Origin: a virus
Lineage: Duplodnaviria; Heunggongvirae; Uroviricota; Caudoviricetes
Length of the DNA stretch: 64,000 nt
Reading direction: 5' to 3' (one strand)
Virus record (IMG/VR): IMGVR_UViG_3300028886_000034
Location: 220,120-284,119 of that record
This document shows positions 54,678 through 64,000 of this stretch, piece by piece (within the stretch, counting starts at the first letter, position 1; the number at the start of each line of letters is the position of its first letter). The notes under the pieces were generated by a model that was given only the letters and a program-made list of their open reading frames with translations, had not been told where the DNA came from and did not search any database. The translations under genes and the position numbers were made by a program.

Positions 54678-57594
54678 TCATAAATGTTTTAAAGGTATCG
54701 TTAGTTACGGTATTTAAACTAATAGGTTGATACAATTCCTCAATTCCATCATATAAGTACTGAAACAATCTTCTTCTTTCTACTGGATTATCAGACTTAA
54801 TAGACATAAACTCTTTTAAAGTATCTTCAGCTTCATATGCCTTTAATGCCCAATTCTCCATTTCACCTAATCTGTGTGAATCAGCTCCAGATGTAGGCTG
54901 ATTATGCTTACCATACGCACCTAAAGATCTTCCAAAGATTTTATGATCTGGTTCGTGATGTAAGTGAAGCATATACTGCCAACCAACAGAACAAGGGTAA
55001 GTATGCCCATTATACACAACAGAAGTTTCATAGTCAACCCCCACAAGCAATCTTAATTTTTCCAATTTTTCTTCATTGAGATTCCTAAACGGTTCTTGTA
55101 TTATTTGTAATCCAAATTCTTTAATATCATCAATAACATCTTCAAAATTCAATAATTCTTCAATTTGTTTACTATAAACCTTATCCTCAGTACAATCTAC
55201 TATTTCTACAAACTGCATTATCGCTCTTTTAAAATCTTCATCATTATCCTCCTTATGCTTTCTTACCCATTGATCCATAAACCAAGTCATATGCAATTCA
55301 TATAATTGTCCAGCATTCATTCTGGTAATTATACCTAAAGGATTAAGAACTACATCCAAATGTCTACCATCAGGTAATGTAGGCATTTTTTCATCTGGCA
55401 TAATTATAGAAATAGTTCCTTTGTTGCCATGCCTATTGCTTATCTTACATCCAACTTTTAAATCTCTTTCAGACTCAATTGACCATTCAATTACTCCACA
55501 GTCATCATCTATTTTCTTAACTTTATCTAAATAACAATATCTTTCCTTATACTCATCTCCATTATCCAAATAATCAAAGGTATCCCTTAACTTATTCTCG
55601 ATTGTTTGCCTCTTAGATATTTCTTCTTTAACCCATTTACTCATTTGGAAATGCTCTGAACTATGAGACTTAATATAAGTTTTATATTTAAAAATACCAT
55701 CTGAAGGTGCTAATATCTCAGTTATATCTGGCGTTAACGTATCAATAGACTCTAAGTCAATTCTACCTAATCTGAAAAGAACATCTCCTTCTTTTACTTT
55801 AGTTCCATTAGGTAGTATGGGAAGATATTCATCATTTTTTAAACTAAATAATACTCTACCTCTTAAATATAATTTTTCAATATGATTGCATCTATATCTC
55901 ATCTTTTTAGCACAAGATTCAGATATAACTATAGCATCTTCAAAGTTCCACCCATCTAAACTCATATAACCTATTAACAAGTTCTTACCCAACATTAACT
56001 CATGTGTATATGGGTTAATATTATTTGTATGTGCTAAGGTACTCCCTTTAGTAAAGTTATCTCCTATATTTAACTTAGTTATTAAAGTCTTATCAAAATC
56101 TGTAAATGACCTATTACTTAAATCTATAACATCTCCATCTTCACTATTATCATATTTAACCACTAATAATGAGTCATCCTTATAAATAACTTGTCCATTA
56201 TCTTTAGCTAATTTTAATGAAGATGTATACTCTGTATATAATGATTCATTTCCAGATTTAACTAAAGGAATTTCTGGTTCAACGATATTAATAGCCTGTC
56301 TCTGCTGGTTACACGCCATCTCTACCCTGATGCCATCATCATGGTTTAATAATGGAATCAATTGAGAAGCGGTACTAAGTATGCTACCAGTTTTACTTGG
56401 CTTCAATATACCATTCTCAATAGTACAATCTGGAACTAAATGCTGGCAGATTCCAATAGCCTGACCTGCAGGAGAATCTATTGGGTCAATAATTCCTCTA
56501 TAACTTTCATGAAGATTTCTTACTAAAGCACTACAAGATTCTTTAGCTATTCCTCCAGGGCCATTATATATAATTCTACTCATCATGCACAATTCACCTA
56601 AAGGATTAACTGAATCATCTAATATTCTTCTTTGGTCTAAAGTTAAAACACTCAATAATGCATCAGTAAAGATATTACTAGATTTCTTCTTTTTATTAGT
56701 TTTACTCTGTTGAGCTAACTTATAGCAAATCCATTCAGATAATCTAGCTCTTCTTTGACTAATATCATTGATTTCTCTTAACTGTAAATGTTTGTATTCT
56801 TCTCTATGCTCAAACAAATACTGTATTAAATCTAATCCACTATAAGGTTTATCAAAGATTCCATTAGGAGTCATAATATAATCTTTAATACCTATAACAG
56901 ATAAGATCTTATTTATTTTAGTAGACTTATTCCAGAGACTTAAACAATCATTAAGAGCTTTATCTAAATCAGTGTACTCTTTTGCAGATTCTTCAAAGTT
57001 ATGAACCTTGTCTAAATCAGTTAATGGTGTTAATAAGTCTCCAAGAAGTTCTTCATTAAAATTAATATAAAAGTTATTACACAGTTTCAAATGAATCTTA
57101 CTATCAAAACCATCTACAGTAAAATGATAGCAAGTCTCTGGTAATAAGTCATATTTTAATAAGAGTAAAACCAATGGCCAAGATTCATTAGCTATTCTAA
57201 ACTCAGTTAAATCTGTATCTAATACTAATGTACAATAAGTGTTATGCACTATTATAGTATTAAACGATTTATTGAATATTGGAATATCTGAAATCTGAAA
57301 AACTGGAATATATCTATTCCCAGCTATTGTATAGTAACTACCGTCATATACTGGAATCTTAATTGTAGCTTTCTTAGGACTGCCTTCCTCAACCTTATTG
57401 ACCTGTTCAGCACTTAATACTTTATAATAAGTTGGTGCTGTTGGGTCTTCAACTTTTAAATTACTATACTTAAATAAACTGTAGCCTGTGGAAGCTAAGA
57501 TACTTTTAGATATAGCCTCCACATTCTCTATTTGTTTTTTACGTATTTCGTAGATATTCTCAATAGGGGTTGAGTGAGGAAGTATTGAGTACAT
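54649..57594 (-). CDS. phage DNA-directed RNA polymerase beta subunit (RpoB-like, compact)
   Basis: VRNLHESYRGIIDPIDSP.G..IG, MACNQQRQA, GKNLLIGYM..GWNFEDAI, KISNRHGNKG, NPLGIITRMNAGQ, HRLGEME.WAL.AY, IKSD. Confidence 0.95.
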   Translation of the reverse strand: MYSILPHSTPIENIYEIRKKQIENVEAISKSILASTGYSLFKYSNLKVEDPTAPTYYKVLSAEQVNKVEEGSPKKATIKIPVYDGSYYTIAGNRYIPVFQISDIPIFNKSFNTIIVHNTYCTLVLDTDLTEFRIANESWPLVLLLLKYDLLPETCYHFTVDGFDSKIHLKLCNNFYINFNEELLGDLLTPLTDLDKVHNFEESAKEYTDLDKALNDCLSLWNKSTKINKILSVIGIKDYIMTPNGIFDKPYSGLDLIQYLFEHREEYKHLQLREINDISQRRARLSEWICYKLAQQSKTNKKKKSSNIFTDALLSVLTLDQRRILDDSVNPLGELCMMSRIIYNGPGGIAKESCSALVRNLHESYRGIIDPIDSPAGQAIGICQHLVPDCTIENGILKPSKTGSILSTASQLIPLLNHDDGIRVEMACNQQRQAINIVEPEIPLVKSGNESLYTEYTSSLKLAKDNGQVIYKDDSLLVVKYDNSEDGDVIDLSNRSFTDFDKTLITKLNIGDNFTKGSTLAHTNNINPYTHELMLGKNLLIGYMSLDGWNFEDAIVISESCAKKMRYRCNHIEKLYLRGRVLFSLKNDEYLPILPNGTKVKEGDVLFRLGRIDLESIDTLTPDITEILAPSDGIFKYKTYIKSHSSEHFQMSKWVKEEISKRQTIENKLRDTFDYLDNGDEYKERYCYLDKVKKIDDDCGVIEWSIESERDLKVGCKISNRHGNKGTISIIMPDEKMPTLPDGRHLDVVLNPLGIITRMNAGQLYELHMTWFMDQWVRKHKEDNDEDFKRAIMQFVEIVDCTEDKVYSKQIEELLNFEDVIDDIKEFGLQIIQEPFRNLNEEKLEKLRLLVGVDYETSVVYNGHTYPCSVGWQYMLHLHHEPDHKIFGRSLGAYGKHNQPTSGADSHRLGEMENWALKAYEAEDTLKEFMSIKSDNPVERRRLFQYLYDGIEELYQPISLNTVTNDTFKTFMNGGGIQIEL

Positions 57595-58007
57595 TAGTTA
57601 CTAGCTTTTTCCTCCTGTTTAACTGTATCGTCAGCAGTAGGTGCCTGGAAATCAACTTCACTGACAATCATATCATTGATCTTATCAAGTTCTTTAACAG
57701 CCAAAACTGTAAGCTGAGTATACTTACCCTGATATCCAGCATTAATAAGAAGCTCATTAACTTTATTAGTGATATATGCTGTAAAGTTCTTACCTAAAAC
57801 TTTTTCATAAATATTAACATCCTTGTATTCTTCCTTTTTAATATAGTCCTGCAGGAAGAAACTCAGCATATCCTTACCAATTGCCTTAGGCTTAATCTGT
57901 GGGTCATAACTAGTAAGCATAGTCATTCTCTTATGAGTTTCATCAAAGAACTTAACAACAACATCCATAATAAGAATTGTATTCATTTTATGCGCCATTT
58001 TATACAT
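57594..58007 (-). CDS. hypothetical protein between the RNAP subunit genes
   Basis: GGAGG SD; stop overlaps the beta start (TAATG). Confidence 0.75.
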   Translation of the reverse strand: MYKMAHKMNTILIMDVVVKFFDETHKRMTMLTSYDPQIKPKAIGKDMLSFFLQDYIKKEEYKDVNIYEKVLGKNFTAYITNKVNELLINAGYQGKYTQLTVLAVKELDKINDMIVSEVDFQAPTADDTVKQEEKASN

Positions 58008-58022
58008 TCCTCCAGTATATGA

Positions 58023-60836
58023 TTAAGATAAAAACATTGCACTTCTCAACATAGAAAAATCGTTTAATTCTTCTAATTGAGGTAAACCATGGTTTAAGTA
58101 CTTTCTTAAATGATAGGAAAATCTTTCAAATGCTAATGCCTGTTCAGGCATTAATCCTATCATATGATTTAATCCAATTAATGTATAACCTTCATCCTGA
58201 TGTAATCTATATGGCTTATATACATCAGTTATATTCCTGCATAACATTGCTATGATAAGCTCAAAATGTACTAAATCTACTGTAGCCGCAGATCCATAAA
58301 TATCAATAATCTGATAGATATAATCCTGTATACTCAAATTCTCATCATTTTTCTTATAAGGATTATTTAGCAATGAAGATAATGTAGTAACTGCACTTAC
58401 AACGTCCTTAGACTCTATTGTAACTTTTGCTACTTTTTGACCAGATGTAAATACATAATAATTTTCATCATCTCCATAATGGTCAATTAAGGTTTCAAAT
58501 TGTTCAATATTAGTTAACTCATGCTCTTCATTATTTATTGTAAATACTACTGTATCTTCATTAATATAAAAACTTCCATTAACCTTAGCCTTCCATACCG
58601 AGTTCTTTATATCAAAGAAATCCTTAAATTCTATTGTAGGATCATCAACTGAACCACTTGTATGCTTAGTTCTTAAAGTTAATTGTGTAGTTCTTTCACC
58701 TAGTGATTGTGCTGCTATTAAACCTATATAATGACTCTTATGAATATTGAATAAATCGCCATAACATCTTTTACAAATCAACTTATCAGTACAGGTTATT
58801 GGTGAGTATAAATCAACTACCTTGCCAGCAAACTCTTTATAATTTTCATCAGTTATCTTACCCTGTCTAGTATACCTCCCATGAAGCATTTGTGCAACCT
58901 TCTCATCTCTTATATAGAATTGTAAGGTCTTATCTTCATGGCAAGTATCTTTATCTGATAATTGTAATGGTGATAATAAGTATACAAGTCTTCTAGTTAA
59001 GTAACCACTCTTAGCAGTATTATCTGCAGTATCAATAAGTCCTTTTCTGCCACCATAACATGTTGTAAAGAACTCTTCTGGTGTCAATCCATTTACTAAT
59101 GAATGTATAACTGGGTCCGGTAATATTTTACCAGTAACATCTGAGATATAACCTTTTTCAGAGGCCATCTGTTTATACTGGTCCCAATTTCCTCTAGCAC
59201 CACTCCTAATCATTAGGGTAGCACTATTATCTTCTACTTCATCTGGGTTAAAGTTTTTAGGGTCTTTAATTACAAAGTCTCTTATACTTAAGGTACCAAA
59301 ACTATTGCTAAATCCTTCTCTACACAATACATCTAACATATGTAGCCAATCATAACTATCCAAAACTCTTTCTGCAATATCTATAAATGCGTGTATACCT
59401 TTTTTCTTTAATTGAACATTGAATGACTTAAATAAATCTAAATCCTTCCAATGTGATTCTGGTATACACTTTTTAAACAACTCTATTCTCTTTTCAGTAG
59501 TAGGTATACCAAAGTATTCTGTCTTTTTAGAATACGATTCATTTGTAATCTTACTTAAACCCATAACTTCATCCTGCTTAAAAGTATAGGTAATACTTCC
59601 ATTTGAAGGAAGTCTTTTATTAGAATCTACCCACATCTTTTCAGCAGCATCTTTTATGGCTATACTATTAGGTACATAAATAGCCATCTGATCTCCATCA
59701 AAATCCGCATTATAGGATTCTGTTATAAGTGGATGTATTACTATAACATCATCCCATATAACATCGTATACTTTTACTGATTGGAATGAAGGCCTATGTA
59801 AAGTAGGCTGCCTATTTAAGAACACATACTTACCTACTACTATTTTCTTTAGTATATCCATAGTAGGTTCTCTTAAATAAGGTTTATCCCAATCTTTTAA
59901 AATCTCTAAAGAGCTCACTTCCAGTTTTTCTGACAAAAGTCTTAATAACTGTGGCTTAAACAATTCTTTAGCAATATAAAATGGCACCTTACAATAACCT
60001 AATGGTAATTCATATCCATCAACAGTAATAACTGCTCTTCCAGAGTAATCAATTCTTTTACCCAATAAACTACTTCTTAAGAAACCAGTTTTCTTTTCAA
60101 ACTTAGATAATAGGGTATCAAACAATGAAGTTACTTTATTCTGCAGTATAGTTTGCGTTGATTGGAATATGAATGGTGCATACTCAATATCATTTAATTG
60201 CCTTATAATATTATTATACTTTTCATTAATCTCATCGCTAAAAAATTGCTTTTCATCATTAGCAGATTGCATTAAAGGCCTTGTATCTGGCGGAATAACT
60301 GGAATACAGTTAATAAATAAATAATCCTTATACTGATTATAGAAAGTTTGAAATGGCTTAGATTCATCTAAAAGGTATGGTAGTAATACTTCTTTAAATA
60401 CTACTGGACCATACTCATAATCTTCATCCCCTCTATTACCAACTAATACCTCATTATCAACTAATTTAATAGTCTGCTTACCAGATATAAGTTTACTTAA
60501 TTTTAACTTAGCTATAGATAAATGAATATTATCTAGCATATCTAATATCGCTGGATTCACTATAACTAAGTTTTCTGGAATAACTATCTTAGCAAAAGTA
60601 GTTCTTCTTTTTTCTGAAGTATCACATGTAACTCCACAAAACTTACATGTAACACCTGCATTTTCTCTACCATGTACCTTTCCACAAGAACACGAGTAAT
60701 CCTTAACTGGGCCAAAGATTACTTCACTAAATAAACCATCTTTATGAAACGATCTGGTTCTATACATTATATTTGGTGAAGTAACTTCAGGGAAATCTTT
60801 GCACCATTCATTAATATTTAATAGGGATAATTTCAG
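58023..60836 (-). CDS. phage DNA-directed RNA polymerase beta-prime subunit (RpoC-like, compact); probable CUG start
   Basis: Catalytic YNADFDGDQM; GLFSEVIFGP, CSC..CKFC zinc finger, PVIPPDTRP, GKRIDYSGRAVI, NRQPTLH, TAKSGYLTRRL, AAQSLGE..TQLTLRT.H; in-frame CTG 60836 after AAGGAG restores an RpoC-like N-terminus. Confidence 0.95.
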   Translation of the reverse strand: MKLSLLNINEWCKDFPEVTSPNIMYRTRSFHKDGLFSEVIFGPVKDYSCSCGKVHGRENAGVTCKFCGVTCDTSEKRRTTFAKIVIPENLVIVNPAILDMLDNIHLSIAKLKLSKLISGKQTIKLVDNEVLVGNRGDEDYEYGPVVFKEVLLPYLLDESKPFQTFYNQYKDYLFINCIPVIPPDTRPLMQSANDEKQFFSDEINEKYNNIIRQLNDIEYAPFIFQSTQTILQNKVTSLFDTLLSKFEKKTGFLRSSLLGKRIDYSGRAVITVDGYELPLGYCKVPFYIAKELFKPQLLRLLSEKLEVSSLEILKDWDKPYLREPTMDILKKIVVGKYVFLNRQPTLHRPSFQSVKVYDVIWDDVIVIHPLITESYNADFDGDQMAIYVPNSIAIKDAAEKMWVDSNKRLPSNGSITYTFKQDEVMGLSKITNESYSKKTEYFGIPTTEKRIELFKKCIPESHWKDLDLFKSFNVQLKKKGIHAFIDIAERVLDSYDWLHMLDVLCREGFSNSFGTLSIRDFVIKDPKNFNPDEVEDNSATLMIRSGARGNWDQYKQMASEKGYISDVTGKILPDPVIHSLVNGLTPEEFFTTCYGGRKGLIDTADNTAKSGYLTRRLVYLLSPLQLSDKDTCHEDKTLQFYIRDEKVAQMLHGRYTRQGKITDENYKEFAGKVVDLYSPITCTDKLICKRCYGDLFNIHKSHYIGLIAAQSLGERTTQLTLRTKHTSGSVDDPTIEFKDFFDIKNSVWKAKVNGSFYINEDTVVFTINNEEHELTNIEQFETLIDHYGDDENYYVFTSGQKVAKVTIESKDVVSAVTTLSSLLNNPYKKNDENLSIQDYIYQIIDIYGSAATVDLVHFELIIAMLCRNITDVYKPYRLHQDEGYTLIGLNHMIGLMPEQALAFERFSYHLRKYLNHGLPQLEELNDFSMLRSAMFLS

Positions 60837-60869
60837 ACAGAAACACTCCTTCCATCTTAGATTATCCCT

Positions 60870-60898
60870 ATTAAATCATATTCAACTTATTTTGTCAA
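60870..60898 (-). promoter_or_regulatory. sigma70-type promoter for the RNAP operon
   Basis: TTGACA-17 nt-TTTAAT with TG extension. Confidence 0.55.
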
Positions 60899-60916
60899 TA
60901 CCCTAATTTATAATTT

Positions 60917-61273
60917 TTAATACCAACCCCAATAAAACACACATTTACCATTATCTATAATCTTTATAGCTTTATTGATCACTAGTCTAAGATTTTTAAT
61001 ATCATCTGGAAACAGACATGAATCTGGATCAAAGTTCTTACTATTCTTTTTCAATTGATTTAAATTATCTTTAGTCAATTGTAAATACACGCAATTAAAT
61101 TCTTCGGTACCGCCTTTTTTCAGGTACAATCTCTCCATCCAATATTGAAGTGGCCAAAATTTTCTCCAGTAATGAAGCTCTTCAAACTCTGAATCTGAGC
61201 TATCCTTTGGATTAATAAATGGAACATCTGCATACTCCTTAGGAGCACTGTATAAATTAGCATCAAGACCCAT
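60917..61273 (-). CDS. conserved-looking small phage protein (MGLD...YWRK family)
   Basis: GGAGG before MGLDANLY; ELHYWRK, EFNC..LTK pattern. Confidence 0.7.
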   Translation of the reverse strand: MGLDANLYSAPKEYADVPFINPKDSSDSEFEELHYWRKFWPLQYWMERLYLKKGGTEEFNCVYLQLTKDNLNQLKKNSKNFDPDSCLFPDDIKNLRLVINKAIKIIDNGKCVFYWGWY

Positions 61274-61658
61274 TTTTAAATCCTCCAAGACTGTAAATAA
61301 AATACTTTTCACCGACTTTATACTTATATCCTTCTCTACCAATAAACCCATTATCTTCAATCTTAGGTTTCTTATTAAAGAAGGTTACACATATACAAAC
61401 CATATCCGCAGTATTATATTCTGGATCATCTTTACACTGGTTCTTTAAAATATCATTTGCCTCAAGATGAGCATCTTTCATAGAATACCAGACTTCCTCT
61501 AAATTAATGGTATAAGAATTCGGTGATTCGCTCACATTATCTAAGTAATACCTTGGGTAATTCCTTGAACTACAGCTATACACTTTAATTTCAGAGTCAA
61601 CATTCCTAGTCCAATACGTATATTCCCAATATGCATATTTAGGCTTTTTGTTCATCAA
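61263..61658 (-). CDS. hypothetical protein
   Basis: 131 aa, coupled overlaps. Confidence 0.7.
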   Translation of the reverse strand: MMNKKPKYAYWEYTYWTRNVDSEIKVYSCSSRNYPRYYLDNVSESPNSYTINLEEVWYSMKDAHLEANDILKNQCKDDPEYNTADMVCICVTFFNKKPKIEDNGFIGREGYKYKVGEKYFIYSLGGFKNGS

Positions 61659-62791
61659 TGATCCCTCTTTGTTCTATTACATTCTTTGCAAAGCATCTGA
61701 AGGTTATCATCAGTTGTATGACCACCTTGGCTCCACGGGATAATATGATCTCCATGCATTTCGTCGTATTTAAATTCCTTACCACAAATAGGACAAATAT
61801 GTTTCTGTTTCTCATATGCTCTTCTTTTCTGGTTTTCAGTAAATGCTCTAATAGACAAATACTTTTCATATTTAGGGTCTTTTCCAGAAAGAAGATATGG
61901 AATAATACCAGACTGTTTAGTTACATCATCATCTTGTGTAAGTGCTACAAGATCTGTTTCTAATTGCTTAACATCATAGGTATTATTTTTGTATCTATTG
62001 TAAAGAATACCCCAATCTTGCGAATCGGTAATTCCTTTTCGGGTAGTTGGGAACAAAGATTTAGCCCATGCAATAACGGATTTAAAATATCTCCACAATT
62101 CACTGGCATCTACATCATGTTGATGCTGTGCCATATATACCTGGATATCATCAAAATCATCTTTATCCATAGCCCAGTGAATTACTTTTTCCAAATACTC
62201 TTGTCTAATTGGATTACCCTTAATATATCCTTCTGCTGTTTTACCGGCTACACAATTTCTCTTAGAAAAATATGTTTTAGCATCCGCTGTCCATGGGCCA
62301 GCATAGGTAGCATTAAGTAGCTCTTGTTCTGTAAGAACTTCTCCGGCGATATTAATAACTTTAAACCAATCAAGTTTTTCTTTTTCAGTACCTTCACAAA
62401 TATAAATTTGTAGTTCATAATTAAGAATTCTATCCTGTTCTTCTTTAGTTAAATTATGGAAGAATCTGGCATTTCCATCCAATACTGGAGAAAATCCTCC
62501 ATTGATATATTGACAAATAGAGATAGTTCGTTGCTGACCATCAATTAGTTCATATGTACCATCCTGGTTTTTAGACCAATACATCGTATTAAGAGGAAAT
62601 CCATGGAATACAGAGTTAATTACTTCATCTCTTTGTTTATCTTTATAAATAAATTCTCTTTGGAAAATAGGACGTATTGTTAATTTACCCTCATAACCAA
62701 ATACACCTTCATCGCCCTTATCTACATATCCTTTAGCAACTTCAGAAACCTTAATCCTACAGCTCGTAATTTTCATACCACTTGTCCTCAC
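61655..62791 (-). CDS. DUF262 (ParB/GmrS-like) plus HNH endonuclease protein
   Basis: RPIFQREFIY, LIDGQQRTIS, FKVINIAGEVLT..EL.NA; C-terminal CPIC..GDHIIPWSQGG.T..NLQMLCKECN. Confidence 0.88.
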   Translation of the reverse strand: MRTSGMKITSCRIKVSEVAKGYVDKGDEGVFGYEGKLTIRPIFQREFIYKDKQRDEVINSVFHGFPLNTMYWSKNQDGTYELIDGQQRTISICQYINGGFSPVLDGNARFFHNLTKEEQDRILNYELQIYICEGTEKEKLDWFKVINIAGEVLTEQELLNATYAGPWTADAKTYFSKRNCVAGKTAEGYIKGNPIRQEYLEKVIHWAMDKDDFDDIQVYMAQHQHDVDASELWRYFKSVIAWAKSLFPTTRKGITDSQDWGILYNRYKNNTYDVKQLETDLVALTQDDDVTKQSGIIPYLLSGKDPKYEKYLSIRAFTENQKRRAYEKQKHICPICGKEFKYDEMHGDHIIPWSQGGHTTDDNLQMLCKECNRTKRDH

Positions 62792-63714
62792 TTTCTTTTG
62801 ATAAGAATCCTAGCATAAACTTTCTTTTTATTAACATATGGAACTCCATAACTATAACTTGATGGATTATTAGTAATTAAACTTCCCACAATATTAAATT
62901 GTTCTGGGCAATATTTAGTCATAAACGTTATAGGTACACCAATTTCATCAAAATAATCTTCTGGGATCCAATCGGTTTTTTTTACTTCAATTGCATTATA
63001 ATTATCATACTTAGGATAATCTGAAGGATTATATGTTTTCCATAATATCAACTTTTCATGACGTTTAGTATGCTCCAAATTTGTAAACCAGCAAATATTT
63101 CCGAAAGACCTCCATTTTTGTCCGGTTTCATCTTCCCAGTATCTAGTTTTTCTAGGCTCATAATAATCTGGTACCCTAAACGACATATCTCCATTATTAT
63201 ATCCTAACCAAATCTTATTATCTTTTAATAGTGGAAATATTTCTTTATATGTTATTGCATTTTGATTACCAATAATTATAAACTTTTTATTATATTTCAT
63301 CAATTGCTCAATATATTCTCTAAATAAACTAAATGGAGGGTTAGTTACTACAATATCTGCTTCTTGTAGTAATTCAATACCCTCTTTATTCCTAAAATCC
63401 CCATTACCCTTTAACGGTGTTAATATACGATCTTGAAGATCCGTATCAATGCCTCCGGTATATTCTACTTTATAGGTTGGTTTCTCTTTATCGTAATGAG
63501 TAGCTATCAATTTTTTCATACCAAAGAAATTAAAATTAAGATGAAAATATTCCCAAAATGCAGAACTTTCATCATCACAATTACATAAAACAGTTTTATC
63601 CTTAAAATGATCTTTATAATGTCTTAATTCATTATTCACATCATTCAATTGAGTATAAAATTCATCATTCTTTTCTTTCTTAGCTTTATGAAGAGTTTTT
63701 ACACTGTTAGCCAT
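62788..63714 (-). CDS. adenine-specific DNA methyltransferase, M.EcoRI family
   Basis: KNDEFYT, VLCNCDD, GNGDFR, VVTNPPFSLFREY, GVPITF. Confidence 0.9.
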   Translation of the reverse strand: MANSVKTLHKAKKEKNDEFYTQLNDVNNELRHYKDHFKDKTVLCNCDDESSAFWEYFHLNFNFFGMKKLIATHYDKEKPTYKVEYTGGIDTDLQDRILTPLKGNGDFRNKEGIELLQEADIVVTNPPFSLFREYIEQLMKYNKKFIIIGNQNAITYKEIFPLLKDNKIWLGYNNGDMSFRVPDYYEPRKTRYWEDETGQKWRSFGNICWFTNLEHTKRHEKLILWKTYNPSDYPKYDNYNAIEVKKTDWIPEDYFDEIGVPITFMTKYCPEQFNIVGSLITNNPSSYSYGVPYVNKKKVYARILIKRK

Positions 63715-63756
63715 ATCATATAAAACCTCCTGTAGTTATATTTTGGGCTGTAGTCA

Positions 63757-63785
63757 ATTATACAACTACAGCCCCATTTAGTCAA
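63757..63785 (-). promoter_or_regulatory. sigma70-type promoter of the methyltransferase operon inside an inverted repeat (63745-63774)
   Basis: TTGACT-17 nt-TATAAT; the -10 sits between GGGCTGTAGT / ACTACAGCCC arms. Confidence 0.7.
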
Positions 63786-63840
63786 TATTTTTTACCACCG
63801 GCTATCATAATATACACAATCTCCCTTCCAAACCCATAGC

Positions 63841-64000
63841 TTATACTCCTTTCAAACTCTCCTCAATTTCACCAAGACAAAAATCATCAATATGCGTTTT
63901 CTTACTATTAAGATCTTTTAAAGTATTTTTACTTTCATCCAAATGTGCTTCAGCAGAACAAATCTGCTTAATAGTATACTTCAAAAGACTATCAACAGTT
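63841..64000 (-). CDS. hypothetical protein, 3' part only
   Basis: Open frame ...TVDSLLKYTIKQICSAE...SLKGV* from the window edge. Confidence 0.55.
   Translation of the reverse strand, partial: TVDSLLKYTIKQICSAEAHLDESKNTLKDLNSKKTHIDDFCLGEIEESLKGV

Noticed and set aside
54649-60836. Bacterial chromosomal rpoBC locus
   Set aside because: Reversed order, much shorter subunits, no rplL/rpsL context, and surrounded by phage-type genes and tail fibres.
61655-62791. Free-standing HNH homing endonuclease or intron-encoded ORF
   Set aside because: The HNH is fused to a DUF262 domain and coupled to a methyltransferase; no interrupted host gene flanks it, and no intein or intron is evident in the RNAP genes.
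1-64000. Stop-codon reassignment (code 15 or 4) as seen in some gut jumbo phages
   Set aside because: Long conserved genes are uninterrupted in code 11, coding density is high, and TAA, TAG and TGA all end genes at sensible positions.

Overview
AT-rich segment of a large tailed-phage genome (probably a jumbo myovirus of an anaerobic host with strong Shine-Dalgarno signals; the host is inferred). Standard genetic code. Layout: (i) 1-7.7 kb, minus strand: small early-type genes plus a DHH phosphoesterase, a DUF932-like protein and a nucleoside deoxyribosyltransferase-like protein. (ii) 7.9-32.3 kb, plus strand: virion module with about six tail-fibre-like proteins, a gp5/gpV-type baseplate spike and GNAT-containing proteins, interrupted by a GC-rich inverted lytic transglycosylase gene. 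(iii) 32.3-64 kb, minus strand: dTMP kinase, dUTPase, SbcC/SbcD, a PcfJ-like protein, two tandem AAA-ATPase/HEXXH-VWA cassettes, a Whirly-like SSB, compact unsplit RNA polymerase beta and beta-prime subunits, and an EcoRI-type methyltransferase with a DUF262-HNH partner. Best candidate for a new system: a tail fibre ending in a 12-Cys CXXX-repeat peptide, encoded directly upstream of an unknown protein and a tandem double radical-SAM/SPASM enzyme, i.e. a RiPP-like maturation system apparently aimed at a virion fibre tip. Also notable: repeated AUA/CUG start codons, a unidirectional TTTGTAWRTATAT intergenic motif and promoter-gene-terminator cassettes. All family assignments come from motif recognition by eye, not from database searches.
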